Origin: Candidatus Dormiibacterota bacterium
Lineage (GTDB): Bacteria; Chloroflexota; Dormibacteria; DASZGP01
Reading direction: 5' to 3'
Assembly (NCBI GenBank): GCA_035938265.1
Contig: DASZHA010000058.1
Coordinates: 288-64,287, forward strand
Length of the DNA: 64,000 nt
The notes below the pieces were generated by a model. The model saw only the letters and a program-made list of their open reading frames with translations, was not told the DNA's origin and searched no databases. Position 1 is the stretch's first letter. Each line of letters begins with the position of its first letter. Shown one piece after another: positions 27,089 to 35,287 of the stretch. A program made the translations under genes and the position numbers.

Positions 27089-28105
27089 ATGGAGCGTTTT
27101 CGTGGCCGGCTGATCACCCTGGTGGCGCCGCTGCTCGCCCTGTACGTCATCTGGGGATCGACGTACCTCGGCATCCGCATCGCAATCGAGACGATGCCGC
27201 CATTCCTGATGGCGGCGGTGCGGTTCGCCCTCGCGGGGGCGCTGATGTATGTGTTCGCGATCCGGCGCGGCGATCCGGATGGCAGCGACCGGCCGGGTCG
27301 GCGCCAGTGGCTGGCGGCACTGATCGTGGGCGGGCTGCTGCTGGCGGGTGGCAATGGCCTGGTCAGCTGGGGGGAGCAGTTCATCTCCTCCGGCCTGGCC
27401 GCGCTCCTGGTAGCGACAGTCCCGCTGTGGATGGTGGTGCTGTCGCACTTCTTCGGCGATGAGAGGCTCACCTGGCCGGTGGTTGTGGGCGTCGTAATCG
27501 GGCTGATCGGCGTGGCGGTGCTGGCGCGACCGTCAGGCGCCGGCAACGGCATCATCGGCGTTGCCGCTGTCCTGATGGCCGCGATCCTGTGGGCCTCGGG
27601 CTCGATCTACGCGCGTCGGGCGCCGTTGCCGCGAAGGCCGCTGGTCGCCACCAGCCTCGAGATGCTATGCGGCTCGGCGGTGCTGGCGGTGGCTGCGGTG
27701 GCGTCCGGTGAGCTGGGCCAGGTCCACCTCAGCGCCTTGTCGGCGCGCTCGGTCCTGGCCCTGGCCTACCTCGTGTTCTTCGGCTCGATCGTCGCCTTCA
27801 CGTCATACGTGTGGCTGCTGAAGACCAGCCGCCCGTCGATCGTGGGGACGTACGCCTACGTCAACCCGGCGGTGGCGGTTGTTCTCGGCTTCCTGGTCCT
27901 GGGTGAGCCCCTGACCGCTCCCACCATCATTGGTGGCGGGATCATCATCGTCGCGGTTGCCCTGATCGTCACCGCCCGCTCGCTGCGCCGGCCCGGGGCG
28001 CGCGGCGGTGAGGCGACGACGGAGGCAGGCGAGGTTCGCGCTCAGCCGGCGGCGCAGCCCCTCGACGTCATCGCCGAGCCGGCCGCGGAGGGAGAGGTCG
28101 CCTAG
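27089..28105 (+). CDS. EamA/DMT-family transporter
   Basis: About 10 predicted TM helices arranged as two EamA-like halves. 'YVIWGSTYLGIRIA' is a typical N-terminal motif. Confidence 0.85.
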   Translation: MERFRGRLITLVAPLLALYVIWGSTYLGIRIAIETMPPFLMAAVRFALAGALMYVFAIRRGDPDGSDRPGRRQWLAALIVGGLLLAGGNGLVSWGEQFISSGLAALLVATVPLWMVVLSHFFGDERLTWPVVVGVVIGLIGVAVLARPSGAGNGIIGVAAVLMAAILWASGSIYARRAPLPRRPLVATSLEMLCGSAVLAVAAVASGELGQVHLSALSARSVLALAYLVFFGSIVAFTSYVWLLKTSRPSIVGTYAYVNPAVAVVLGFLVLGEPLTAPTIIGGGIIIVAVALIVTARSLRRPGARGGEATTEAGEVRAQPAAQPLDVIAEPAAEGEVA

Positions 28106-28125
28106 ACGCGTGCACTAGGGCCAGA

Positions 28126-29031
28126 CTAAAGCTTTCGGGGGTCCTCCGCAGGCACCGGGCTATCGGAGCCGTAGTCGTAGAAACCCTTGCCCGTCTTGCG
28201 CCCCAGGCGCCCGGCGTCGACCATCCGGGCCAGGAAATCTGGGGGTTTCTCGCGCTCGTCGCCGCTGGCCTCGAACTTCTCACGGCGCGCGTTGTAGGTG
28301 ACGTCGATGCCACTGAAGTCGGCCAGCTTGAATGGCCCCATGGGCCAGTTGAGTCCCTTCTCGACGGCGAGGTCAATGCTGGCGAAGTCGGCGTAGCCGC
28401 CCTCGTAGAGCCGCATCGCCTCCTGGGAGGCCGCGTGGAGGATGCGGTTGACGACGAACCCGTCGATCTCCTTCTCGATCAGCACGGGAACGCGGCCGAT
28501 GCGCTGGATCAACGCCATCGTCGTCGCGACCGTCTCGTCGGACGTCTGGGGGCCCTTGACCACCTCACAGAGCTGCATCACCAGCACCGGGTGGAAGAAG
28601 TGGGTGTTGCAGCAGCGGTCAGGCCGCTGGGTGGCGTCGGCCAGCTTGGAGATGGGGATGGTCGACGAGTTGGTCGCCAGGATGGCGTGCCCAGGTGCGG
28701 CAGAGTCCAGCCGGGTGAAGAGCTCGCGTTTGGGCGGCAGCTTCTCCACGATCGCCTCGAAGACGAAGTCGGCGGCACCAGCGGCCTCCTTCAGTGAGGT
28801 AGTGGTGCGGACCCGCTCCAGCGCGGCGACGGCGTCGGCCTCCGCCAGCTGACCCTTCTCGACGCGCCTGGTCAGCAGCTTGCGGTTGCTGTCGACAGCC
28901 CGTTGCAGCTGCTCGTCGCTGACATCGGTGAGCCAGACGTCGTACCCGGCCAGCGCCGTCTGCTGGGCGATCTGCGATCCCATCGTGCCGGATCCGACCA
29001 CGCAAACGGTCCTGATGTCGTCGATTCCCAC
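28126..29031 (-). CDS. 3-hydroxyacyl-CoA dehydrogenase (NAD-binding, HBD/FadB-type)
   Basis: 'VCVVGSGTMGSQIAQQTALAGYDVWLTD' is a Rossmann motif. Also 'NSSTIPIS' and 'HFFHPV'. GTG start with an AGGAGG Shine-Dalgarno sequence 9 nt upstream. Confidence 0.9.
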   Translation of the reverse strand: MGIDDIRTVCVVGSGTMGSQIAQQTALAGYDVWLTDVSDEQLQRAVDSNRKLLTRRVEKGQLAEADAVAALERVRTTTSLKEAAGAADFVFEAIVEKLPPKRELFTRLDSAAPGHAILATNSSTIPISKLADATQRPDRCCNTHFFHPVLVMQLCEVVKGPQTSDETVATTMALIQRIGRVPVLIEKEIDGFVVNRILHAASQEAMRLYEGGYADFASIDLAVEKGLNWPMGPFKLADFSGIDVTYNARREKFEASGDEREKPPDFLARMVDAGRLGRKTGKGFYDYGSDSPVPAEDPRKL

Positions 29032-29113
29032 GGCGCCGACCTCCTGGCGGCGCTAGAGGATACCCGCTTGGCGGTGACGGTCCGGGGCTGGTCGCCCGGT
29101 CCCTCTGCCTACT

Positions 29114-29245
29114 TCAGGCCGAGTCCTGCTCCCTAAAACGCATCTCGTCGCCCATGCTCGCGGCCCGGCCGAAGCTGAGAACGACCAGCGTGAACGTCAC
29201 GCCGGCAAAGAAGGCTATTACCACCGACAAGATGACCCAAGCCAC
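29114..29245 (-). CDS. Candidate small single-pass membrane protein (43 aa), absent from the ORF track
   Basis: My own translation is (V/M)AWVILSVVIAFFAGVTFTLVVLSFGRAASMGDEMRFREQDSA*. The GTG start lies 8 nt downstream of GAAGGAG. There is one clear hydrophobic helix followed by a charged tail. It lies between glnA and the 3-hydroxyacyl-CoA dehydrogenase on the same strand. Confidence 0.35.
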   Translation of the reverse strand: MAWVILSVVIAFFAGVTFTLVVLSFGRAASMGDEMRFREQDSA

Positions 29246-29423
29246 AACACTGACTCCTTCCCCCCCCTCGACGTGAGAATCCGCTTGTGTACCCCGTACA
29301 TTGCACCTTTTTATGCGGGCCGTCTAGGTATTTTGTCTCACAATCCTCGGCTGGCCAGCCGATCAGGAACCCGGGACATTAGTGCCAGCTACGAGAACAC
29401 GCCCTCGAGGCGGCGGTGGAAGC

Positions 29424-30872
29424 CTAGATGTCGGAGTAGAGGTAGAACTCCCAGGGGTGCGGCCGCAGCGCCACGGGCTCGATCTCGTTCTCCTGCTTGT
29501 AATCGATCCAGGTGTCGATCAGGTCGGCGGTGAAGACACCACCCTCCAGCAGGAAGCCACGGTCCTTGTCCAGCGCCGCTAGGGACTCGCCAAGCGTGCC
29601 CGGGGTGCCCTTGATCTTGGCCTTCTCCTTGGGGCTGAGCTCGTAGATGTCAGCGTCCACGGGCGCCGGTGGCTCGATCTTGTTCTTGATCCCGTCGAGG
29701 CCAGCCATCAACATCGAGCTGAAGGCCAGGTAGGGGTTGGCCGACGGGTCAGGACACCGGAACTCGATGCGCTTGGCCTTGGGGTTGGTGCTGTACATCG
29801 GGATGCGGACGCAGGCCGACCGGTTGCGCTTGGAGTACACAAGGTTGATGGGCGCCTCGTAGCCCGGTACCAGGCGGCGATAGCTGTTGGTGGTGGGCGC
29901 GGCGAAGGCCAGCAGCGCGGGGGCGTGCTTGAGGATGCCACCGATGTAGAAGCGAGCCAGGTCGCTGATGCCGCCGTAGCCGTTGCCGGAGAAGAGCGGC
30001 TTGCCCGCCTTCCAGAGGCTCTGGTGCACGTGCATCCCACTGCCGTTGTCCATGAACAGAGGCTTGGGCATGAAGTTCGCAACGTAGCCGCGCGAGGCGG
30101 CGAAGTTCTTGATCACGTACTTATAGACCTGCATGTTGTCCGCCATCTGCTTGAGGGTGGTGAACTTCAGGTCGATCTCGGCCTGGCCGGCGGTGCCGAC
30201 CTCGTGGTGCTGGACCTCGACGCCGAGTCCGGCGTCGATCAGTCGCAGAGTCAGCTCGCTGCGGAAGTCCTGCAGCTTGTCAACCGGCGGCACCGGGAAG
30301 TAGCCCTCCTTATGGCGCGGGCGCATGCCAAGGTTGGGCTCGCCGCCGTCGATGCCGCTGTTCCAGATGCCCTCGTCGGAGTCGATGAAGTAGTAGCCGC
30401 TGTGCGCGTTCTGGTCGAAGGTCAGGCTGTTGAAGATGTAGAACTCGGCCTCGGGGCCAAAGTAGGCAGTGTCGGCCACCTTCGACTTCTGCAGATAGGC
30501 CTCGGCCTTGGTCGCGATGTAGCGCGGGTCGCGGCTGTAGGGCTCGCGGGTGATGGGGTCGAAGATGTCGCAGTGGATGACCAGGGTGGGGACCTGCAGG
30601 ACAGGGTCCATGTACGCGGTGGTCGAGTCGGGGAGCAGGAGCATGTCCGACTCGTTGATGGCCTGGAAGCCGCGAATCGACGAGCCGTCGAAGCCGAGGC
30701 CCTCCTTGTCGAGGTCGGGGGTGAACTCGTCGACCGGCACCGAGAAGTGCTGGGTCGACCCGGGAAGGTCGGTGAACCGGACGTCGACCATCAGGGCACC
30801 CGCCGCCTTTGCCTTACGGATCGTCTCGGCCAGGGTGCTCGATGCAACCGCGCCGGTCTTAGCCTTACCCAT
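29424..30872 (-). CDS. glnA: Glutamine synthetase, type I
   Basis: 482-aa ORF. '[14 protein letters not shown]', '[11 protein letters not shown]', '[13 protein letters not shown]' and '[28 protein letters not shown]' are canonical GSI motifs. A Tyr in '[11 protein letters not shown]' sits at the position of the adenylylation site. Confidence 0.95.
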   Translation of the reverse strand: MGKAKTGAVASSTLAETIRKAKAAGALMVDVRFTDLPGSTQHFSVPVDEFTPDLDKEGLGFDGSSIRGFQAINESDMLLLPDSTTAYMDPVLQVPTLVIHCDIFDPITREPYSRDPRYIATKAEAYLQKSKVADTAYFGPEAEFYIFNSLTFDQNAHSGYYFIDSDEGIWNSGIDGGEPNLGMRPRHKEGYFPVPPVDKLQDFRSELTLRLIDAGLGVEVQHHEVGTAGQAEIDLKFTTLKQMADNMQVYKYVIKNFAASRGYVANFMPKPLFMDNGSGMHVHQSLWKAGKPLFSGNGYGGISDLARFYIGGILKHAPALLAFAAPTTNSYRRLVPGYEAPINLVYSKRNRSACVRIPMYSTNPKAKRIEFRCPDPSANPYLAFSSMLMAGLDGIKNKIEPPAPVDADIYELSPKEKAKIKGTPGTLGESLAALDKDRGFLLEGGVFTADLIDTWIDYKQENEIEPVALRPHPWEFYLYSDI

Positions 30873-31030
30873 CGGAATCCTCCATCTCCATCTCTAACTC
30901 CGGCGTATGCCGGTCACTCAAGGGCTGTGGGGCGCAGAAAACCGGGAAACCCCGCCGCGCACCAAGCGAGGCTACACGGCGGAACCAACTGCACGCTTGT
31001 GGCCCTTCCACGATCCGCGACGTAGCTCGA

Positions 31031-31047
31031 TCGTGCGGACCGCACGA
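31031..31047. promoter_or_regulatory. 17-bp perfect palindrome TCGTGCGG-A-CCGCACGA upstream of glnA (candidate dimeric regulator site)
   Basis: Read directly. It lies about 160-175 nt upstream of the glnA start codon on the minus strand. No known consensus could be assigned. Confidence 0.3.
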
Positions 31048-31094
31048 CCGGGAATTATGCCAAAAGACTGGGCCGATGCTGGCGGGCATACGTG

Positions 31095-31245
31095 GGGGTG
31101 ACCCGTCTCGCGTGTCCCCGGCTGGCGACCCCGGTTCCCGCTGATGGTGTCCTTAGCGATTCCTTCAGCAGCTCCGTTGTTGTCGGGTGGCCGTGGAGCA
31201 TTTGTAGGATTCACGCCACCGGGGACACGCGAGACGGGTCACCCC
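31095..31245. repeat. Long inverted repeat / stem-loop element: a perfect 27-bp stem, about 32 bp allowing one bulge, enclosing about 90 nt
   Basis: Arm 1 at 31095-31121 is GGGGTGACCCGTCTCGCGTGTCCCCGG. Arm 2 at 31219-31245 is its exact reverse complement. The stem extends through TGGCG (31123-31127) pairing with CGCCA (31214-31218), with C31122 bulged. Internal pairs are GCTGA/TCAGC (31140-44/31165-69) and GCTCC/GGAGC (31171-75/31195-99). Confidence 0.85.
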
Positions 31246-31423
31246 TGCGTCCGCTCAACAGCAGACCCAGAGGCAGAAGGTGCCTGCGCTGCAACTCTTG
31301 GTCAGCCCTTAAGCAAGTTAGCTTCGGTTGCCTGTCTCCAGACCTAGGGCGGGCTCTCCATCAGCGCTCCGCGTTGTTCTGGCTCTCTGGTGAGCTACCT
31401 GGGCTGTAGCCAGCCCTGTAGGG

Positions 31424-32338
31424 TCAGATTTCGCGGCGGTGGAAGCTGTAGACGGTAAGCGCCAGCATCGCGACGAGCCAGCCGGCGCACCAGAGCAGGT
31501 AGGTGAGTGGGGGAGGGTTGAGCTCCAGGAAGGGGTTGGCGCTGGCTGCCCGGCCGGCGGCGCCGGCGGCCCGCGCGATGGTGATGATCGCGGCCGGCTC
31601 CATGCTGTAGACGGCGCCGCGCCAGAGGCCGTCGGTGGGGAGGAGGAGCTGGGTGGTGGTGCCGATGTGGGTGATGGTGCTGTTCTGAAACGCCGCCCCG
31701 ACGGCGCCGGCGATGCCGCCGAGCCACGAGATGCCGTACGCGCCCAGAGCTATGACGCCGCCGGTCATCCCCGACAGCCGGGTGCTGATCAGAAGCGCCA
31801 GCGTCATCAGCACCACGGTCTCGGCGATCAGGAAGAGGATGGTGAACACCGGGCTGGGGGGCTGGTAGTCGGTGATCAGCTTGACGCCGATGAGCTCGAT
31901 CGCCACCGTGCCCGCGATGTAGGTGGAGACCAGCGCCACCAGGCCGAGCCACTTGCCCAGCACCACGTCGGCGCGGCTCAGGGGGCGGGTCAGGATCGCC
32001 AGCGAGATCCCCGACTCCACGTCGCCCGAGATCATCGGGGCGGCGACGAAGACGGCGCTCAAAGCCAGCACGAAGCTGAACATGAACATGATCAGGATAA
32101 GGATCTGGGAGACCACGGTCTTCAGCTCCAGCGGCGTCAGCGGCTGCTCGTTGGGGCCGGTGATGGTGGTCAGTTTGTAGATGCCGAAGAGGGTGACGCC
32201 GATGACCACGATGGTCAGGCCCAGCAGAGCCAGCAGCAGCTTGCGCCGCGAGGTCTCGCGGAGGGTCAATCGCATGATCGCCCAGATGACCCGGGGCTGC
32301 AGACCCAGCAGGCCGTTGCCGAGCAGGGCGGTGTCCAT
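31424..32338 (-). CDS. ABC-2 family transporter permease
   Basis: 304-aa polytopic membrane protein with about 6 TM helices. One-nucleotide TGATG overlap with the upstream ATPase gene. Confidence 0.8.
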   Translation of the reverse strand: MDTALLGNGLLGLQPRVIWAIMRLTLRETSRRKLLLALLGLTIVVIGVTLFGIYKLTTITGPNEQPLTPLELKTVVSQILILIMFMFSFVLALSAVFVAAPMISGDVESGISLAILTRPLSRADVVLGKWLGLVALVSTYIAGTVAIELIGVKLITDYQPPSPVFTILFLIAETVVLMTLALLISTRLSGMTGGVIALGAYGISWLGGIAGAVGAAFQNSTITHIGTTTQLLLPTDGLWRGAVYSMEPAAIITIARAAGAAGRAASANPFLELNPPPLTYLLWCAGWLVAMLALTVYSFHRREI

Positions 32339-33381
32339 CAGGCCTCGAGTTCCACGGCGTCGCCGCCGAGCAGCTCCATGAAGCGGTCCTCGAGGCTCTC
32401 GTGCCGCGGCTCGACGGCATAGACGCGGGCGCCGCGGGAAACCGCCTCCGCGACGATGTCGGGGACGACCTCGGGGCCAGCGCCCTCGATCGAGAGCCAG
32501 CCGTCGGCCTCGCTGACGGCGCCGAAGCGCGACAGCGCCTGGATGCCCGCCGCGTCCAGCCCGCTGACCCGGAGGCGGACGCCGACCCTGCTGGCCAGGA
32601 GGTCGTCGAGGGTGCCAGTGGCGATGACGCTGCCGTGGTCGACGATCGCCACCCGGTCGCAGACGGCCTCGACCTCGGTCAGCAGGTGGGAGTTGAGGAA
32701 TACGGTGGTGCCCCGCGCCTTCAGGTGCCGGATGATCTCGCGCACGTCGCGGCGACCAACCGGGTCCAGTGCCGAGGTCGGCTCGTCGAGGAAGACCATG
32801 TGGGGGCTGCCCAGCAGCGCCACACCCAGGCCGAGCCGCTGCTGCATGCCTTTGGAGAAGTTGGCGACACGGTCGTCGGCGCGGTCACTGAGGCCGACGG
32901 TGCTGAGCGCGTACTCAATCTCGTGCTTCCAGGTGTGGCGCGGCAGCTGGGCCAGCTCGCAGTGGAGCTTGAGGACCTCGGCGGCCTGCAGCCAGCCCTG
33001 GTAGCGGAACAGCTCGGGCAGGTAGCCGATATGCCGCCGGGTGCTCTGGTCGCCGAGTGGCGCGCCCAGGACCCAGGCCTGGCCGGAGGTGGGCCGGGCC
33101 AGGCCTAGCAGCAGCTTGACCGACGTGGTCTTGCCGGCGCCGTTGGGGCCGAGAAAGCCGAAGACCTCGCCCCGGGGCACCGTCATGGAGAGGTCGACCA
33201 GCGCCTCGACGTCGCCGTAGCGCTTGCTGAGGCCGACGGTGTGCAAAGCCGAGGAGGCCGCGGCTGCGGCCTCCTCGGTGAGACCAGGGTCGTGGACCCG
33301 GCGGGACGGGACTCCCGCCACGGCCACGGATCCGGCGGGGAATGGGGGGCTCCCCGCGGACCGTGCCTCGTCTGGCATCAC
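32338..33381 (-). CDS. ABC transporter ATP-binding protein
   Basis: Walker A 'GPNGAGKTTS', signature 'FSKGMQQRLG', Walker B 'MVFLDEPTSALD'. The N-terminal roughly 45 aa may be an over-extension. Confidence 0.9.
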   Translation of the reverse strand: MMPDEARSAGSPPFPAGSVAVAGVPSRRVHDPGLTEEAAAAASSALHTVGLSKRYGDVEALVDLSMTVPRGEVFGFLGPNGAGKTTSVKLLLGLARPTSGQAWVLGAPLGDQSTRRHIGYLPELFRYQGWLQAAEVLKLHCELAQLPRHTWKHEIEYALSTVGLSDRADDRVANFSKGMQQRLGLGVALLGSPHMVFLDEPTSALDPVGRRDVREIIRHLKARGTTVFLNSHLLTEVEAVCDRVAIVDHGSVIATGTLDDLLASRVGVRLRVSGLDAAGIQALSRFGAVSEADGWLSIEGAGPEVVPDIVAEAVSRGARVYAVEPRHESLEDRFMELLGGDAVELEA

Positions 33382-33395
33382 CCTGTCGTCCTGGC

Positions 33396-34643
33396 TCAGT
33401 GCAGCGACCTGGCTACCCCGGTGACCTCACTCTCGGTCATGGTCCCGACGGTGGCGTAGAGGACACCGTCCTTGGTCCAGACCACGCCACTGCCCAGCCC
33501 GGTGGAGTCGCCAACGAACAGGCCCTTGGCGCCGTTGATGTCGACCTGGTGACTCTGCTGGCCGGTGGGAACCGGGATCGGCAAGGTCGTCGACGGGTCG
33601 CCGATGGCCCGGATCTGGGCGGCCAGGTCGGCTGGGAACCCGGGCAGTGAGAGGAGGTAGTCCTCGATCGCCGTCACCGAGGCGCCGTTGGAGCTGACCA
33701 CCGGGGTGGTCATCTCGACGACGCCCATGGTCGGGATACTGGTCCCGGAGAGGATGCCGGCGCCGGGGTCGGCGTTGGCAGGAGCGCCCGGCTTCACCGC
33801 GCCGGGGTCAGCGGTGCCGGAGGCTGGAACCCGTGTGGCTGCGCTACTCCCCTGGTTGGCCACACCCGCCCCGCGGCTGATGGCGTCACTGGAGGCGCCG
33901 TAGACGGCGACGATGCCGGGGCCCGCGGTGACCGTCAGGGTGCTGCCGTCAAGCCCGGCCGGCATCGCCGGCAGGGTCTTGTGGTTGGCCGTGGCCCAGC
34001 CCTGGGCCTTGGCGGCGCTGAAGGTGAACGATGCCTGCAGCTGCGACATCGTCAGGTACTGCGGCGTGCCCTTGGCACGGTCGGGGACCGAAGCGTCGCT
34101 GGGTGCTTTTAGGGTCAGGCCCGATGCGGCCTGGGCCGCGGCAGCGTCCGCCGCGGGGGTGAACTTGGGTGCCTTGGTGAACTTCATGTCGCCAAACTGG
34201 CTCAGGTCTGGCAGCCCCTTGAGGTCGCTGGGCTGGACCTGGACCGCCTGGAACTGCTGCGGCTCGAAGACCTTGACAAAGTTCTCGGCCACGCCGGTTG
34301 CCACCAGGGCGACCAGCATGGCGGTGGCCAGCGCGAGGGCGGCCGCCGGCCGGGCCGCGCGGCTGCCGCCGGAGCCGAAGACCGCGGCGAGCCGGTTCCA
34401 GGGCGTGCGCCGGTAGGCTTTCGAGCCATCGGCGTCGCGGCGCAGCCGCTGCAAAGCGGCCTGGGTGTCGACCCCGCTCTCGGGTACCGCCATCAGCATG
34501 CCGGCGCGTTCGGCCTCGGCGGCGATGGCCATCGCCTTCTCGCGGCAAGCCGCGCATTCCTGGTAGTGATCCTTCTCCGCCCCGGTGGTGCTGAGGGGCT
34601 CGTCCTGCATCCGTCGCAGGGTTCCATCGCTAAGGTGTCGCAT
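33396..34643 (-). CDS. Anti-sigma factor (zf-HC2 type) with one TM helix and a large extracytoplasmic domain
   Basis: The N-terminal 'HYQECAACREKA' is an H-x3-C-x2-C zinc motif. The TM helix is 'AAALALATAMLVALVATGVA'. It overlaps the ECF sigma gene by 14 nt. Confidence 0.75.
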   Translation of the reverse strand: MRHLSDGTLRRMQDEPLSTTGAEKDHYQECAACREKAMAIAAEAERAGMLMAVPESGVDTQAALQRLRRDADGSKAYRRTPWNRLAAVFGSGGSRAARPAAALALATAMLVALVATGVAENFVKVFEPQQFQAVQVQPSDLKGLPDLSQFGDMKFTKAPKFTPAADAAAAQAASGLTLKAPSDASVPDRAKGTPQYLTMSQLQASFTFSAAKAQGWATANHKTLPAMPAGLDGSTLTVTAGPGIVAVYGASSDAISRGAGVANQGSSAATRVPASGTADPGAVKPGAPANADPGAGILSGTSIPTMGVVEMTTPVVSSNGASVTAIEDYLLSLPGFPADLAAQIRAIGDPSTTLPIPVPTGQQSHQVDINGAKGLFVGDSTGLGSGVVWTKDGVLYATVGTMTESEVTGVARSLH

Positions 34644-35211
34644 TGGTGACCTCCGTGCGCAATCTCTGTTCGGCTCGACGCAGCAGGGTCCCTACCTGGC
34701 CGATAGACACTCCCAGGGCGCTGGCAACCTCGGCATAGCTGAGCCCGCTGTAGCGCAGGGCCAGTACCGCCGAGCTCTTCTTGGGCAGGCGGCGCATGGC
34801 CTCACGCACCATCTGGCGCTCCTCGCTCTGCTCCAGGATCGCCTGGGGATCCGCGACCTGCTCGTCGGAGGCGGGCGCAGTCACCTCCTCACGCCGTACG
34901 CGGCGTCGGTTGCCGCGGATGACGTTGAGCGCGGAGTGCCAGGCGGCCCGGTGGAGCCAGGCCGCGGCGTAATGAGCTTCGGGGTCGTGGTGGCGATGGA
35001 ACGAGAGGAAGACCTCCTGGGCCACCTCCTCCGCCTCGTGCCGGTTGGCCAGCACGCGGTTGGCGATCGCCACCACCCTGGGGTATTCGGCGACAAAGAG
35101 CCGTTCGAAGGCTTCCGGCAGCCGGTTGCCGGTCCGCTGACGATCGTCGACAGCTGCGTCCTGTCGACTCCTGGCAGGGATGACGTTCACCCCGACTGCC
35201 TCAGCCTCCAT
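34630..35211 (-). CDS. ECF-type RNA polymerase sigma factor (sigma-70 family)
   Basis: Region 2 is 'FERLFVAEYPRVVAIANRVLANRHEAEEVAQEVFLSF'. Region 4 is 'LPKKSSAVLALRYSGLSYAEVASALGVSIGQVGTLLRRA'. I chose the ATG at 35211 so the gene does not overlap the upstream aldo/keto reductase. Confidence 0.85.
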   Translation of the reverse strand: MEAEAVGVNVIPARSRQDAAVDDRQRTGNRLPEAFERLFVAEYPRVVAIANRVLANRHEAEEVAQEVFLSFHRHHDPEAHYAAAWLHRAAWHSALNVIRGNRRRVRREEVTAPASDEQVADPQAILEQSEERQMVREAMRRLPKKSSAVLALRYSGLSYAEVASALGVSIGQVGTLLRRAEQRLRTEVTNATP

Positions 35212-35287
35212 GTCTCTGTAAGCACCACCGATCTTCGGATTGTGACACCGGGGTGGTGGGATTCCCGTTAGTTGAACGCCAACTGCG

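Noticed and set aside
30935-30995. A possible GlnR-type box (GAAAC / GGAAC half-sites) just upstream of glnA
   Set aside because: Only loose half-site resemblance is present (GAAAAC, GGGAAAC, GGAAC). Spacing does not convincingly fit the gTnAc-n6-GaAAc pattern, and this cannot be supported without a position weight matrix scan.
30865-31409. ORFs of 64-105 aa drawn across the glnA upstream region: 30865-31089 (-), 30907-31101 (+), 30972-31214 (-), 31092-31409 (+) and 31144-31347 (+)
   Set aside because: They have weaker GC3 bias than real genes here, rare AGA/AGG/TTA-type codons, and no motifs. Two of them merely translate the two arms of the inverted repeat, giving the same 'GTRETGHP' peptide on both strands. 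The region is better explained as non-coding.
31401-31416. A small hairpin GGGCTG-tagc-CAGCCC, 7 nt after the ABC-2 permease stop, considered as its terminator
   Set aside because: The stem is only 6 bp and no U-tract follows on the minus strand. That is too weak to call a terminator, so it is recorded only as a possibility.
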